Of a stretch of 38,259 nt of DNA, positions 7,560-17,386 are shown one piece after another. Where the stretch lies: the IMG/VR virus record IMGVR_UViG_3300044740_000016, positions 1-38,259 of that record; one strand, given 5' to 3'. Each line of letters begins with the position of its first letter. Position 1 is the stretch's first letter. The notes under the pieces were generated by a model. It did not search any database. It was not told the origin of the DNA and was given only the letters and a program-made list of their open reading frames with translations. The stretch is from a virus (Duplodnaviria; Caudoviricetes). Made by a program: the position numbers and the translations under genes.

Positions 7560-8828
7560 ATGGCAAATAATTTGCTAACCATTAGCAAGATTACTAACGA
7601 AGCGTTAATGGTCTTGCGCAATAAGCTTGGCTTTGCTGGCGAAATCAATAGAGAGTATGACGACCAATTTGCTGTTGTCGGTGCCAAAATTGGTAATACC
7701 GTCAACGTTCGCAAACCTGGTCGTTTCATCGGAACCACTGGCCCCGCGCTCAACGTAGAAGATTTCTATGAGTCCAGCGTGCCTGTTGTTCTGACAACTC
7801 AGTTCCACGTCGATACGCAATTCACCACACAAGATTTAGCTTTGTCGATTGACCGTTTCAGTGACCGTCTTTTGAAACCGGCCATTGCTGCTATCGGTAA
7901 CAAAATTGATGTGGATGGCTTGACGATGGCAAAAAACACCACCGCCAATATCGTCGGTATCGCAGGTACTCCTCCATCTGGTCTCATCACATACTTAACT
8001 GCTGCTGCTTACGTAGATGCTGAAGGCGGCCCACGTGACGGTCAACGTGCAGTCTGCGTGGAACCATTTACCAGCGCAACCATTGTTGACTCGTTAAAAG
8101 GTCTGTTTGTTCCTCAATCTAAGATAGATGACCAATATCGCGAAGGGTTAATGGGACGCGATTCCGCCGGTATGAACTGGTATATGGACCAAAACATTGT
8201 GGCTCAAACCTTTGGTTCATGGACTACTACCGCTGGTACTTTAACAACCAATACCGTTAACTGGGGCGGAGCAAACTTAACCTCTGGTTGGGCGTCTAGC
8301 AGTACATTAACTTTGACAACTTCACAGGCATTGACCTTGAACCAAGGTGATGTGATTAACTTCGCTAACGTCTTTGCAGTCAACCCACAAAACCGTAAGG
8401 CTTATGGTAGCAACAAACTTCGTAACTTTGTTATTAATAACACTGTTACTGCCACTGGCGCGGGCAATATCACGGTGAGTGTATCTCCTGCTGTGATTAC
8501 GGCTGGTCAATTCCAAAACGTAAGCGTAGGTTCTACATCGGCAACAGCCACGGTAACCCCATTCAATATTGCAACTGGTACAGCCAACGCCGTTGTTTCT
8601 CCGCAAAACGTCTTGTTCCATAAAAATGCATTCACCTTAGCCATGGCTGATTTAGAGATGCCTGAAGGCGTGCATTTTGCCGGTCGCGCGTCTGATAAAG
8701 AAGTGGGCTTATCAATTCGTGTGGTGCGGCAATACACCATCAACAACGACGCAATTCCAACACGTCTTGACGTGCTGTACGGATGGGCACCGCTCTATCC
8801 TGAATTGGCTTGCCGTATCGCTGCTTAA
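7560..8828 (+). CDS. Major capsid protein (P22 coat family)
   Basis: MANNLLTISKITNEAL, AKIGNTVNVRKP, FHKNAFTLA and RLDVLYG motifs. TAAGGAG SD. Confidence 0.95.
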   Translation: MANNLLTISKITNEALMVLRNKLGFAGEINREYDDQFAVVGAKIGNTVNVRKPGRFIGTTGPALNVEDFYESSVPVVLTTQFHVDTQFTTQDLALSIDRFSDRLLKPAIAAIGNKIDVDGLTMAKNTTANIVGIAGTPPSGLITYLTAAAYVDAEGGPRDGQRAVCVEPFTSATIVDSLKGLFVPQSKIDDQYREGLMGRDSAGMNWYMDQNIVAQTFGSWTTTAGTLTTNTVNWGGANLTSGWASSSTLTLTTSQALTLNQGDVINFANVFAVNPQNRKAYGSNKLRNFVINNTVTATGAGNITVSVSPAVITAGQFQNVSVGSTSATATVTPFNIATGTANAVVSPQNVLFHKNAFTLAMADLEMPEGVHFAGRASDKEVGLSIRVVRQYTINNDAIPTRLDVLYGWAPLYPELACRIAA

Positions 8829-8844
8829 TCTAAGGAGTTAATAA

Positions 8845-10467
8845 ATGAGTGCACCAAATCTACAAGTAACCGAACACCCAATTGGCGGCGCACAAGGCCC
8901 AGAATATGTCGGCGGCGCAGGTAGTGCTATCGGTTTTTATCAAGACCCTTACGGAGCCGTTTTTACGGCCACGATTAGCGGTACAACCATGACAGTGTTA
9001 TCGCTGCTTCAAGGCTCTATCGTTCCAGGGCAAACGTTGACCTCAGCGAATAATGGCCAGGTCTCTACGCTTGGCGTGACCATCACGTCAATGGGTACGG
9101 CTACGGCGCAAACTGGCGCTGGCGCTATTGGAACATGGAATATTTCCAATTCTTTGACTTATTCAACTGCAACAACCTTTACCTCTGGTTTAGGTGCAGT
9201 AACGCAACCTAACGGCCCTCAACAAGCGGCTGTGACACGTGGTCAACAAGCCGGTGTGATTGCGACTTATCAAACCACTCAGTCACCAAGCACAGTTAAT
9301 GCAAACACCACAAGTGAGAAGTCATTGACTATTCAATCTGGTACTGGTGCTCAGATGTTGATTGCTACCACTGACTTATTGTTTGTTAATAAACCATCCT
9401 GTGATGCAGGCATTGGCGTGGGCAATATTTATTGTTCTGCGTCGAATACCGCAAAAATGAACATGGCGAACTTCACGGGTAGTAACGTGACGCCAACATC
9501 GTCCGAAGCCTATTCATTGGTAGCATTGCGTGGATTAAATAGCATTTCAGCGACATTAAGTCCCGCTGCTGTGGCTGCCAATACGACTATTGAACAGCAA
9601 TTTACTGTCAGTGGATTGATTGCAGGTAATTTAGTCCAAGTTACTAAGCCAACAAACCAAACCGGCTTAGATATTGGTGGCTGCCGCATCGTTGCAAACA
9701 ATCTGTTAGGTATTACCTTCAATAACGTGACTGGTTCGGCCATTACACCGACTGCCGCAGAAAGCTATACCGTTACTCAATTAGCTGGTTTAGATGCATT
9801 AAATAACGAAATCATGTATGGCTTTAACGTAGGAACTGTTGGCGCAATCGGTGCGGGTGTCGTTGTGTCCGGTGGTGCGACGACTTTAACAGGCTTGTTA
9901 GCAACCGATATGGTCACCGGCATTTTTGACCCAACCGCACAAGCTGCTGCAACCAATGCTGCTTATCCAATTAAGGGTATTCCGACTGCGGATACATTGA
10001 CACTTTACTTTGCTGGTATCGGCTCAGGGGCCACACCAACAGCCTCTGAAGTCTACGGTATTAAGACTACACGTTTAAAACCTGCTGCGCCTTTGGTGCT
10101 TTACACCCCATCGATTGCCCCTGGTTCAGTAGCAGCCAATACCACTGCTGAACAAACCTTCACAGTAACAGGTTTAGTAGCTGGCTCGCCTGTATGGGTG
10201 AATAAACCTAGCTTTACACCAGGTTTATCTATCGTTGGTTGTCGTGTTTCTGCGGCAAATACATTGGCAATTACTTACGCCAATAACACTACCGCAGCCA
10301 TTGTGCCGCCTACTGAAAACTATGTAGTTGGTAACTTCCAGGTGAAGTCGCCTGGTGCTGGTAACGTGGTGTATCAAACTGTTTCCCCTGCAATCAATAA
10401 TATCGAAAACCTGGCTAACGGCTTGCGTACAGCGTTGGTCAGCACAAACTTTATTGCAGGTGCGTAG
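8845..10467 (+). CDS. Virion structural protein with tandem ~90-aa beta-rich repeats (probable capsid decoration/head fibre)
   Basis: T/A/G-rich, with repeated P..V.ANTT.EQ.FTV.GL..G..V.V.KP...GL.I.GCR..A.N.L.ITF.N.T units. Lies between the coat gene and a terminator. Confidence 0.75.
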   Translation: MSAPNLQVTEHPIGGAQGPEYVGGAGSAIGFYQDPYGAVFTATISGTTMTVLSLLQGSIVPGQTLTSANNGQVSTLGVTITSMGTATAQTGAGAIGTWNISNSLTYSTATTFTSGLGAVTQPNGPQQAAVTRGQQAGVIATYQTTQSPSTVNANTTSEKSLTIQSGTGAQMLIATTDLLFVNKPSCDAGIGVGNIYCSASNTAKMNMANFTGSNVTPTSSEAYSLVALRGLNSISATLSPAAVAANTTIEQQFTVSGLIAGNLVQVTKPTNQTGLDIGGCRIVANNLLGITFNNVTGSAITPTAAESYTVTQLAGLDALNNEIMYGFNVGTVGAIGAGVVVSGGATTLTGLLATDMVTGIFDPTAQAAATNAAYPIKGIPTADTLTLYFAGIGSGATPTASEVYGIKTTRLKPAAPLVLYTPSIAPGSVAANTTAEQTFTVTGLVAGSPVWVNKPSFTPGLSIVGCRVSAANTLAITYANNTTAAIVPPTENYVVGNFQVKSPGAGNVVYQTVSPAINNIENLANGLRTALVSTNFIAGA

Positions 10468-10474
10468 TGCCTTA

Positions 10475-10500
10475 GCAGCCCTTCGGGGCTGCCTTTTTTT
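10475..10500 (+). terminator. Rho-independent terminator
   Basis: GCAGCCC-TTCG-GGGCTGC followed by C and T7. Confidence 0.9.
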
Positions 10501-10520
10501 AGAGATTTAGGAGAATAAAA

Positions 10521-10847
10521 ATGCCAGGAACTCTAGCCTCGCGTGGAAATATTTTGTACCAGTTTGTGATTCAACCATCACTGACACCAGCTTCGGTCAA
10601 TGCCAATATCACCGCAGAGCAAACATTTACTGTCAATGGTTTATTAAGCACCGATATCGTGGATGCAAGTTGCAATGTGGCGCAAACGGCAGGGATTGCG
10701 ATTACCAATAGTCGGGTGAGCGCAGCTAATACGTTAGCGTTGACATTTGGCAATCTTACCAATGGCTCATTAACACCAGCCGCCGGTGCATACATCATTA
10801 CTGTGATTCGTCCAGAAAATCCAACTTTACCTACGAACGCGGGGTGA
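10521..10847 (+). CDS. Virion protein, single-domain paralog of the repeats in 8845..10467
   Basis: LTPASVNANITAEQTFTVNGL...SRVSAANTLALTFGNLT closely matches the last repeat of the upstream protein. Confidence 0.8.
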   Translation: MPGTLASRGNILYQFVIQPSLTPASVNANITAEQTFTVNGLLSTDIVDASCNVAQTAGIAITNSRVSAANTLALTFGNLTNGSLTPAAGAYIITVIRPENPTLPTNAG

Positions 10848-10850
10848 TTT

Positions 10851-11213
10851 ATGTCAACCATGCTCGCGTTGCGGCCCATTGGCCCAACAACGATGGTCTC
10901 GGTCGGCGCAACCAGCACGACGGCGCAAATTGTGCCAGCTATACAAAACGACCAAATGGAATTTTGCGCGTTTCTGAATACAGGGGCAACGACAGTACAT
11001 ATCAATATTGTCCCACTCGGAAATGCACAAACCGCGGTTGCGCCTGCGGCGGTGATTCCAACAGCCACCGTATCACAACCTGTTATCGTCTTGCCGCCCT
11101 CTATGCCTGCACCGTTGATTTTTGATGTTCCAAACGGATTTAGCTATACGGCGATTGGTTCAGCAGCAGGCCCATCCACTGTGTTTATTACACCGATTGC
11201 TACTCAATCATGA
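10851..11213 (+). CDS. Hypothetical virion protein
   Basis: 120-aa beta-rich ORF tightly packed in the structural operon. Confidence 0.75.
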   Translation: MSTMLALRPIGPTTMVSVGATSTTAQIVPAIQNDQMEFCAFLNTGATTVHINIVPLGNAQTAVAPAAVIPTATVSQPVIVLPPSMPAPLIFDVPNGFSYTAIGSAAGPSTVFITPIATQS

Positions 11214-11929
11214 CACAAGCATTGGATATCATCACTTTGGCATTGCAATCGATAGGCGCATCTGCACCTGGTGAGCAAATCGATTCTACGCTCACAACTC
11301 AAGCATTTACGATGCTAAATATGTTGTTAGAGCGCGCCAGCAATGAAAAATTCATGGTGGTATCCATTAATGAGGTCGTCCAGTCACTGCCTGGTGGCGT
11401 AACCGCAGTGACTATTGGCCCAGGTGCAACCATTAACACCACGCGACCATTGGCGATATTAAGTGCCTTTGCGCGTGTGAGTTCAATTGACTACAAAATT
11501 TCAATTTTGAATATTGAGCAGTATGAGTTAATTGGATTGAAACAACAGCCTGGTGCGTGGCCGACGGCTTTGTATTATCAAAGCACATCGCCTATCGGCA
11601 CAATTAATTTTTGGCCGCTGCCTAATGCTTTTGAAGCCCATTTATTTTGCACCCAAATATTTAGCAATTTCGTCACACTAAACGATACGGTGCAGTTTCC
11701 TCCTGGTTATAACCTCTGGATGATGTGGGAATTGGCCTATGCGCTTTTACCCGCGTATGGTCGGGCAAGCAATCAAGGCTTGGTTGCGATGGTGCAGGAT
11801 GAATTAACACGCGCTAAAGCAGCGATTAAGCGCACTAATATGCAACCTGAGCAAGTGGTTCAATTTGACCGTCATTTATTAAATGGCCCTGTCAATGATG
11901 CTGGATGGATTATGCATGGAGGGTTCTGA
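11210..11929 (+). CDS. Head-to-tail adaptor (P22 gp4-like)
   Basis: ALDIITLALQSIG..APGE...LNMLL N-terminus and FPPGY...LAYALLPAYG motif. Syntenic position. Confidence 0.75.
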   Translation: MTQALDIITLALQSIGASAPGEQIDSTLTTQAFTMLNMLLERASNEKFMVVSINEVVQSLPGGVTAVTIGPGATINTTRPLAILSAFARVSSIDYKISILNIEQYELIGLKQQPGAWPTALYYQSTSPIGTINFWPLPNAFEAHLFCTQIFSNFVTLNDTVQFPPGYNLWMMWELAYALLPAYGRASNQGLVAMVQDELTRAKAAIKRTNMQPEQVVQFDRHLLNGPVNDAGWIMHGGF

Positions 11930-13371
11930 TGCCAAACTTTCCAGGTTTCGTCGGCCCTGCATACTCGGCCCCCTCCATTTATCAAGATGCCCAGGAATTA
12001 ATCAATTGGTTTGTTGAAGTCGATATTGCTAAGAGTGAGCAAGAGCGCGGTTATATGACGCTCTATCCTACCGAAGGTTTGACCTTATTAGCGACCATCG
12101 GAAGCGGCCCTGTGCGTGCGTTGTATGTTCCACCAGGCGGCTCGACCATTTTTATTGTATCTGGTACAGGTTTATATAAATCCACTGCATTAGGTTCAAA
12201 CGCGACATTGGTTGGGACATTAAGTAGCGGAACGGGGCCAGTTTCAATTACTGATAATGGTCTTGTTATTTACTTGGTTGATGGGGCTAATCGCTATTCC
12301 TACAACCTAAGTAACGGAACATTCACCACCTTACCCAATTCCGACGGCGCTTTTCAAGGTGCGACACGTGCGGATTATGTGGATGATTATATCGTTTATA
12401 ACAATCCGAATACCATACAATGGGGGTGCACTAACGCATTATCCAATGTTTCATCGGCGCTCAATTTTTCATCCAAAGATTCTTCATCGGACAATTTAGT
12501 CACACTCATCGCAGATCACCGTCAGGTGTTGTTGATAGGTGAAAACACGACAGAGCAGTGGATTAATGCAGGAACCTTTCCGTTTCCATTCCAACGCATA
12601 CCAGGCGCATCGATGCAGCATGGATGTATTGCCCCGTTTAGTGTGACACTCTTTGGCGAAAGCACCGCATGGTTAGCGCGTGACCCAGCAGGTGGGCCGG
12701 TAGTCATTCAAATGTTTGGTTATCATCCAATACGTATTTCTAACCATGCGGTGGAAAACGATATTAGCGGTGGCGTATTGAATGACGCTATTGCATTCCG
12801 CTATCGCTATCGTGGGCATGAATTTTACTTTTTGACCTTTCCTACGCAGGATAAGACCTGGGTATATGACCTTGAAATGAAAGAATGGCATAAACGTGCC
12901 TGGCGTGATTCATTCAATGTGCTTCACCGTCATCGCGCCAATTGCTTTGCTAACTTTCAAAACAAAAATATCGTAGGTGATTGGCAAAATGGAAACGTTT
13001 ATTCCTTAGACCCGACTAATTACACCGACAATGGCGCAGCTATTTTACGGATTCGCCGCGCGCCGCACGTAACGCAAGAATTAGACCGTGTTTATCACAC
13101 CAGTTTTCAAGTCCAATTTGAACCAGGCGTCGGTCTGGCAACAGGCCAAGGCTCTAATCCACAATGTATGTTGCGCTGGTCAAACGATGGCGGCTCGACT
13201 TACACGCAAATTTATTTTTTGACGATTGGAAAAGCAGGCCAATATGCTCATCGCGCCTATAAAAAACAACTAGGTTTGGCGCGTGACCGTATTTATGAGG
13301 TGTCGGTGAGCGACCCCATCAATGCGGTCATTGTTAGTGCAGAAATTGAAATAGAAAAAGGGGACTATTAA
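11929..13371 (+). CDS. Tail hub/nozzle, packaged-DNA stabilisation protein (P22 gp10-like)
   Basis: TGATG overlap start. GHEFYFLTFP..KTWVYD, VGDWQNG and MLRWSNDGG motifs. Confidence 0.88.
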   Translation: MPNFPGFVGPAYSAPSIYQDAQELINWFVEVDIAKSEQERGYMTLYPTEGLTLLATIGSGPVRALYVPPGGSTIFIVSGTGLYKSTALGSNATLVGTLSSGTGPVSITDNGLVIYLVDGANRYSYNLSNGTFTTLPNSDGAFQGATRADYVDDYIVYNNPNTIQWGCTNALSNVSSALNFSSKDSSSDNLVTLIADHRQVLLIGENTTEQWINAGTFPFPFQRIPGASMQHGCIAPFSVTLFGESTAWLARDPAGGPVVIQMFGYHPIRISNHAVENDISGGVLNDAIAFRYRYRGHEFYFLTFPTQDKTWVYDLEMKEWHKRAWRDSFNVLHRHRANCFANFQNKNIVGDWQNGNVYSLDPTNYTDNGAAILRIRRAPHVTQELDRVYHTSFQVQFEPGVGLATGQGSNPQCMLRWSNDGGSTYTQIYFLTIGKAGQYAHRAYKKQLGLARDRIYEVSVSDPINAVIVSAEIEIEKGDY

Positions 13372-14156
13372 TGAGCCTTCCTTTTTCCATTCCACCTGTC
13401 AATGTCCCCTTTGTCGATGCTGAAGGAAAAATCACGCCTGCGTGGTTTTTATTCTTATCCACCATCATCCAGGCATTGGGCGGCCCTGTAATTCAACCTG
13501 GCATTCCGTCAATCAATAGCAAATTGAGCAGTACACCTATTTTTTTTGGTGATGAAGATAACGAAGTCCAGATGGTCATTCCTGGTGTGAGTGGCCCATC
13601 CGGTCAACAGGGCATTCAAGGTATTCCAGGTATTGTTGGAGAAGATGGGGAAGCGGGAGACATAGGGCCACCTGGCCCAATAGGGCAGCAAGGCATCCAA
13701 GGGGTGCCAGGCGCAACCATACTTTGGCCCGCTGACGAAGAGGATGCAATGACAGCCGCGCTTAGCGTCGTAAATCCAAACGCCACCGTCCGAGCCAAAG
13801 TTGCTAATACAACCGCCAGTGTTTCATTAACCAATGCTACGGCGGCAGGTGTCACATCAATTAGTGTTCCGCCAGGTGACTGGATAATTTTTGGTGACGG
13901 TACATTTGATTATGCGGGCGGTGCAGCATCTAGCGGATTGGCATTATGTATTAATACCAGTGTTGCGTTTCCGGCAGTACCCAGTTACGCATTTTTGCAA
14001 TATTCCACTGGGGTAGAGCAAGCCATGGCTGCGCCAACCATTTTCGCTAGGTTAACAAGCGCGACAACTTATTACCTTGTAATGCAAGCGAACTACGCAG
14101 GCGGAACAATCACGGGCTCCGCGAATATCACAGCCATACCCATAAAACTACAATAA
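13371..14156 (+). CDS. Collagen-like repeat virion protein (P22 gp26 needle position)
   Basis: 15 contiguous Gly-X-Y triplets at 13584..13718, N-terminal PFVDAEGKITPAWFLFL, beta-rich C-terminal domain. Confidence 0.75.
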   Translation: MSLPFSIPPVNVPFVDAEGKITPAWFLFLSTIIQALGGPVIQPGIPSINSKLSSTPIFFGDEDNEVQMVIPGVSGPSGQQGIQGIPGIVGEDGEAGDIGPPGPIGQQGIQGVPGATILWPADEEDAMTAALSVVNPNATVRAKVANTTASVSLTNATAAGVTSISVPPGDWIIFGDGTFDYAGGAASSGLALCINTSVAFPAVPSYAFLQYSTGVEQAMAAPTIFARLTSATTYYLVMQANYAGGTITGSANITAIPIKLQ

Positions 14157-14170
14157 AAAGGAGATATCTC

Positions 14171-14542
14171 ATGGCAGGAAATAAACAAATACGCTTTGGC
14201 CCAGTCGCACTAACGAACTCTGCGGCCAATATTATTAATCCTCCAACGACAACAGGCGGTACAGGATTATCTGGAACAAATACGAATACGTATGTACTTA
14301 TTCGTCACATAAGAATTTTAAATAAAACTTCATCGAGTGCGACATTTTCGCTTTACGTCGGCCTAACTGGTGGTTCAGCGGCAGGAACCGAATTTATGGG
14401 AACAGGAACGCCAGTACCAGCAAATAGTGCTGTGGATTGGTATGGCGTGCTTCGATTGGATGTAGCAGATTATTTGACCGGACTTGCCAGTGCTAATACT
14501 ACATTGACTCTCACAGCAGATGGTGAAATTGGAATCGCTTGA
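14171..14542 (+). CDS. Hypothetical virion protein
   Basis: 123-aa beta-rich ORF with AAGGAG SD. Confidence 0.75.
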   Translation: MAGNKQIRFGPVALTNSAANIINPPTTTGGTGLSGTNTNTYVLIRHIRILNKTSSSATFSLYVGLTGGSAAGTEFMGTGTPVPANSAVDWYGVLRLDVADYLTGLASANTTLTLTADGEIGIA

Positions 14543-14994
14543 TGATTACATTCAAATTTATTTCCATTATGGAATTGCAAAACAATATGCATCTTCTCAA
14601 TGAAAATAATGCGGAAGTAATTGAATCGATTGGCGGCGAAAAATTAAATATTAATTGGGCAGCATATGAACGGATTGAAAAGGCTGGCGCATTGAAAGTC
14701 TTAGCCGTTTTTAATGAAGCAACGATGATTGGTTATTCAGTATTTATGATAAGCAATTCTTTGCATAACAAAGACATAAAAGTAGCGATGAATGATGTAA
14801 TTTTTATCGAAAAAAAACAGAGAAAAGGTTTATTGGGAATGCGTTTAGTAAAAGAATCGGAGAAATTTTTATTGACATTGGGGATTAATAAAATTTCTTG
14901 GTTTTATAAAGCTAATTCCCCATTGGAAAAAATCTTACTACGTCTTGGTTATTGTAATGATGATTGTGTGATGTCGAAAAAAATAAAAAGATAG
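14542..14994 (+). CDS. GNAT-fold (acetyltransferase-like) protein, P22 gp14 position
   Basis: NDVIFIEKKQRKGLLGMRLVKESE motif A-like segment and LLRLGY. TGATG overlap start. Confidence 0.7.
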   Translation: MITFKFISIMELQNNMHLLNENNAEVIESIGGEKLNINWAAYERIEKAGALKVLAVFNEATMIGYSVFMISNSLHNKDIKVAMNDVIFIEKKQRKGLLGMRLVKESEKFLLTLGINKISWFYKANSPLEKILLRLGYCNDDCVMSKKIKR

Positions 14995-15003
14995 AGGCAG
15001 ATT

Positions 15004-15999
15004 ATGGGCGGCATAGTAAGTAGCATTGGTGACGCATTAGGTAGTGTAGGCAATGCCGTTGGAAGCATTGTTAGTAATCCTATCGTAGATACTGTCGGGC
15101 TTGGATTAGCCACAGGTGGGATTGGAAATATAGCGTCGGGCGCTGCCGATGCCGCGGGCGCGGCTGGTGCAGTTGGTGGCGATACTTTGACCAACTTTGG
15201 ATTTGGTGGCGCTATAGACCCTGGTACAGCTTCGATTAGCTCGATGCTTGATCCGACATCTAGTGGATTCGCTGGGCTTGTGCCAGACGCTGTTGGCGGT
15301 GGTGGATCTGGCACTGGTTTATCCAGTTTCTTATCGCCATCCAACCTTTTGACAGCCAGTCAATTAGGTGGCTCAGCGTTGGGCGCTTATTCTGCTAATA
15401 AAGCGGCTCAAGTACAAGCAGCAGCAGCGCAAGCAGCCCTTAATCAGCAACAATCAATGTTTAATACCATAAACAGCCAGCAGGCACCATGGCGTCAGGC
15501 AGGTGCTACGGCTGTTCAACAACTTAGTGGAGGCTTAGCACCTGGTGGGCAATTTAATAAAGTTTTCAGCCCAAGTGATTTACAGACGAATTTAGCGCCT
15601 AACTATCAATTCCAATTACAACAAGGATTAGGTGCAATCAATAATTCAGCGACGATTGGCAGTGGTTTAGTGGGTGGCAATACATTAAAAGCAATTAATG
15701 ATTATGCGCAAAATTATGCGGGAGACGCTTATCAAAACGCATTCAATAATTTCAATGCTAGTCAAACTAACATATTCAATCGATTGGCATCACTAGCGCA
15801 ACTTGGTCAGACCTCCGCTAATCAGGTAGCTAACTCTGCATTAGGTTTTGGCACCAATATAGGCAATGCGCTAGTCGGTCAAGGGCAAGCTCAGGCGGCT
15901 GGCGCTATAGGCATGGCAAACGCCATTAATGGCGGACTCAATAATGCTGCCGGAATCAACTATCTGAGCAGTTTTTTAAATCCATCTATGTCTACTTAA
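15004..15999 (+). CDS. DNA ejection/pilot protein (P22 gp7-like)
   Basis: G/A/Q/N-rich with QAPWRQAG, PNYQFQLQQG and GNTLKAINDYAQNYA motifs. Confidence 0.8.
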   Translation: MGGIVSSIGDALGSVGNAVGSIVSNPIVDTVGLGLATGGIGNIASGAADAAGAAGAVGGDTLTNFGFGGAIDPGTASISSMLDPTSSGFAGLVPDAVGGGGSGTGLSSFLSPSNLLTASQLGGSALGAYSANKAAQVQAAAAQAALNQQQSMFNTINSQQAPWRQAGATAVQQLSGGLAPGGQFNKVFSPSDLQTNLAPNYQFQLQQGLGAINNSATIGSGLVGGNTLKAINDYAQNYAGDAYQNAFNNFNASQTNIFNRLASLAQLGQTSANQVANSALGFGTNIGNALVGQGQAQAAGAIGMANAINGGLNNAAGINYLSSFLNPSMST

Positions 16000-16009
16000 G
16001 AGGTGAGCT

Positions 16010-17386
16010 ATGCCATTAGATATGGGTAACCAAGCGATTGCAACGCAAATCCAAGCACCAAATAGTTTGGCGAATATTGCTAACCTAGCGGCGATAAGTA
16101 ACGCACTACAAAATTTAAAATACAATCAGGCAACTTTTAATTCAGGCGTTGCTCAAGCAGCCGCGCAAGCGCAATATGCGCAGAATCAGGCAGCATTATC
16201 CAGTGCAAATTTACAGCCACTTATTCAGCAACAGGCCGCTTTGACTTCTCAAGCGCAAACCAAAGCGCAAAGCGATAAATTTACCCTAAATAAGGATTAC
16301 GCTAACACGGCACTAGAAACCGCGACTGGTCTATTGCAAGACCCTCGCATTACTGCTGGCACACCATCTAATCCAAATCAACCGTATGATGATGAAGCAG
16401 CGGCAAAAGCGCTTGAGGAAGCAAGACAGCAAATGATTGCTAAAGGTGTGCCAGCCGAACAAGCGTTATTAGCAACATCGCCATTTATGACGATGGTACA
16501 TACTCCTGGCGCAATACATAATATGTTAGCAAATACGGTGAGGGGATTAACATCGGCTGCAACACAGGTCGCACAAACTCAGGTGCCAGCAAATCAACAA
16601 CAACAAGTCACGACTGACCCTGTCGGTAATCCTATTGTTGTTAGTCGCAATCCTTATGGCGTGGTTACGAACGTCAATGGTGCACCAGTTCAGGGGCAAT
16701 CAACAACGCCACCGACTATTATTCCTCAAGGCGAAACCGTACAGTCATATAACGACTTGATTGCAAATCGTGCGGCTGTATCTAAGGCAGCATTGGCGGT
16801 GCCTGACCAGCATACTTACAATCAAAATGTGCTGCAATTATTGAATAATTCTAAAGGTTGGAGTGCTACTGGCCCAGGTGCGGCGGAACTCGCAAGACTG
16901 CAAGGAACCGTTGGAATACCAACTGGAACAAGTTATGCAGATACGTTCCAACAAATTTCGCACAATCTCGCTATGGCTACCCAAGCTAATGAGAAAGCTA
17001 TGGGCGTGCATACCGATGCGCAAGCGGTCACTACTGGATTAGCAACTGGTACTCCACAAATGGACCCCAAAGCATTAGCCAATGCCGTTAAAATGAATGA
17101 TGCCACTGCGTCTGGTGTGGCGGCCTATGGACAGGCTAATGAGGCCGCTATTCGTGCGAAGGGCATAGTCGGTCAACGTCAATTCCAAAGTCAATGGGCA
17201 AGTGTATATAGTCCACGTGTCATGATGCTGCATAATGCTTTGCAACAAGGAGACCAGCAAGAAGTCAATGACATTATTAAATCAGTTGGAGGTAAAGGTT
17301 CACCTGGCGCGTTAGATTTAGCGCGGCGTGCTCAAGCCATTCAATCATTAGTCACCACTGGTGATTTACCAGCAGGAGGCCCATGA
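16010..17386 (+). CDS. DNA ejection protein (P22 gp20 position)
   Basis: 458-aa A/Q-rich helical ORF between the other two ejection genes. Confidence 0.7.
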   Translation: MPLDMGNQAIATQIQAPNSLANIANLAAISNALQNLKYNQATFNSGVAQAAAQAQYAQNQAALSSANLQPLIQQQAALTSQAQTKAQSDKFTLNKDYANTALETATGLLQDPRITAGTPSNPNQPYDDEAAAKALEEARQQMIAKGVPAEQALLATSPFMTMVHTPGAIHNMLANTVRGLTSAATQVAQTQVPANQQQQVTTDPVGNPIVVSRNPYGVVTNVNGAPVQGQSTTPPTIIPQGETVQSYNDLIANRAAVSKAALAVPDQHTYNQNVLQLLNNSKGWSATGPGAAELARLQGTVGIPTGTSYADTFQQISHNLAMATQANEKAMGVHTDAQAVTTGLATGTPQMDPKALANAVKMNDATASGVAAYGQANEAAIRAKGIVGQRQFQSQWASVYSPRVMMLHNALQQGDQQEVNDIIKSVGGKGSPGALDLARRAQAIQSLVTTGDLPAGGP

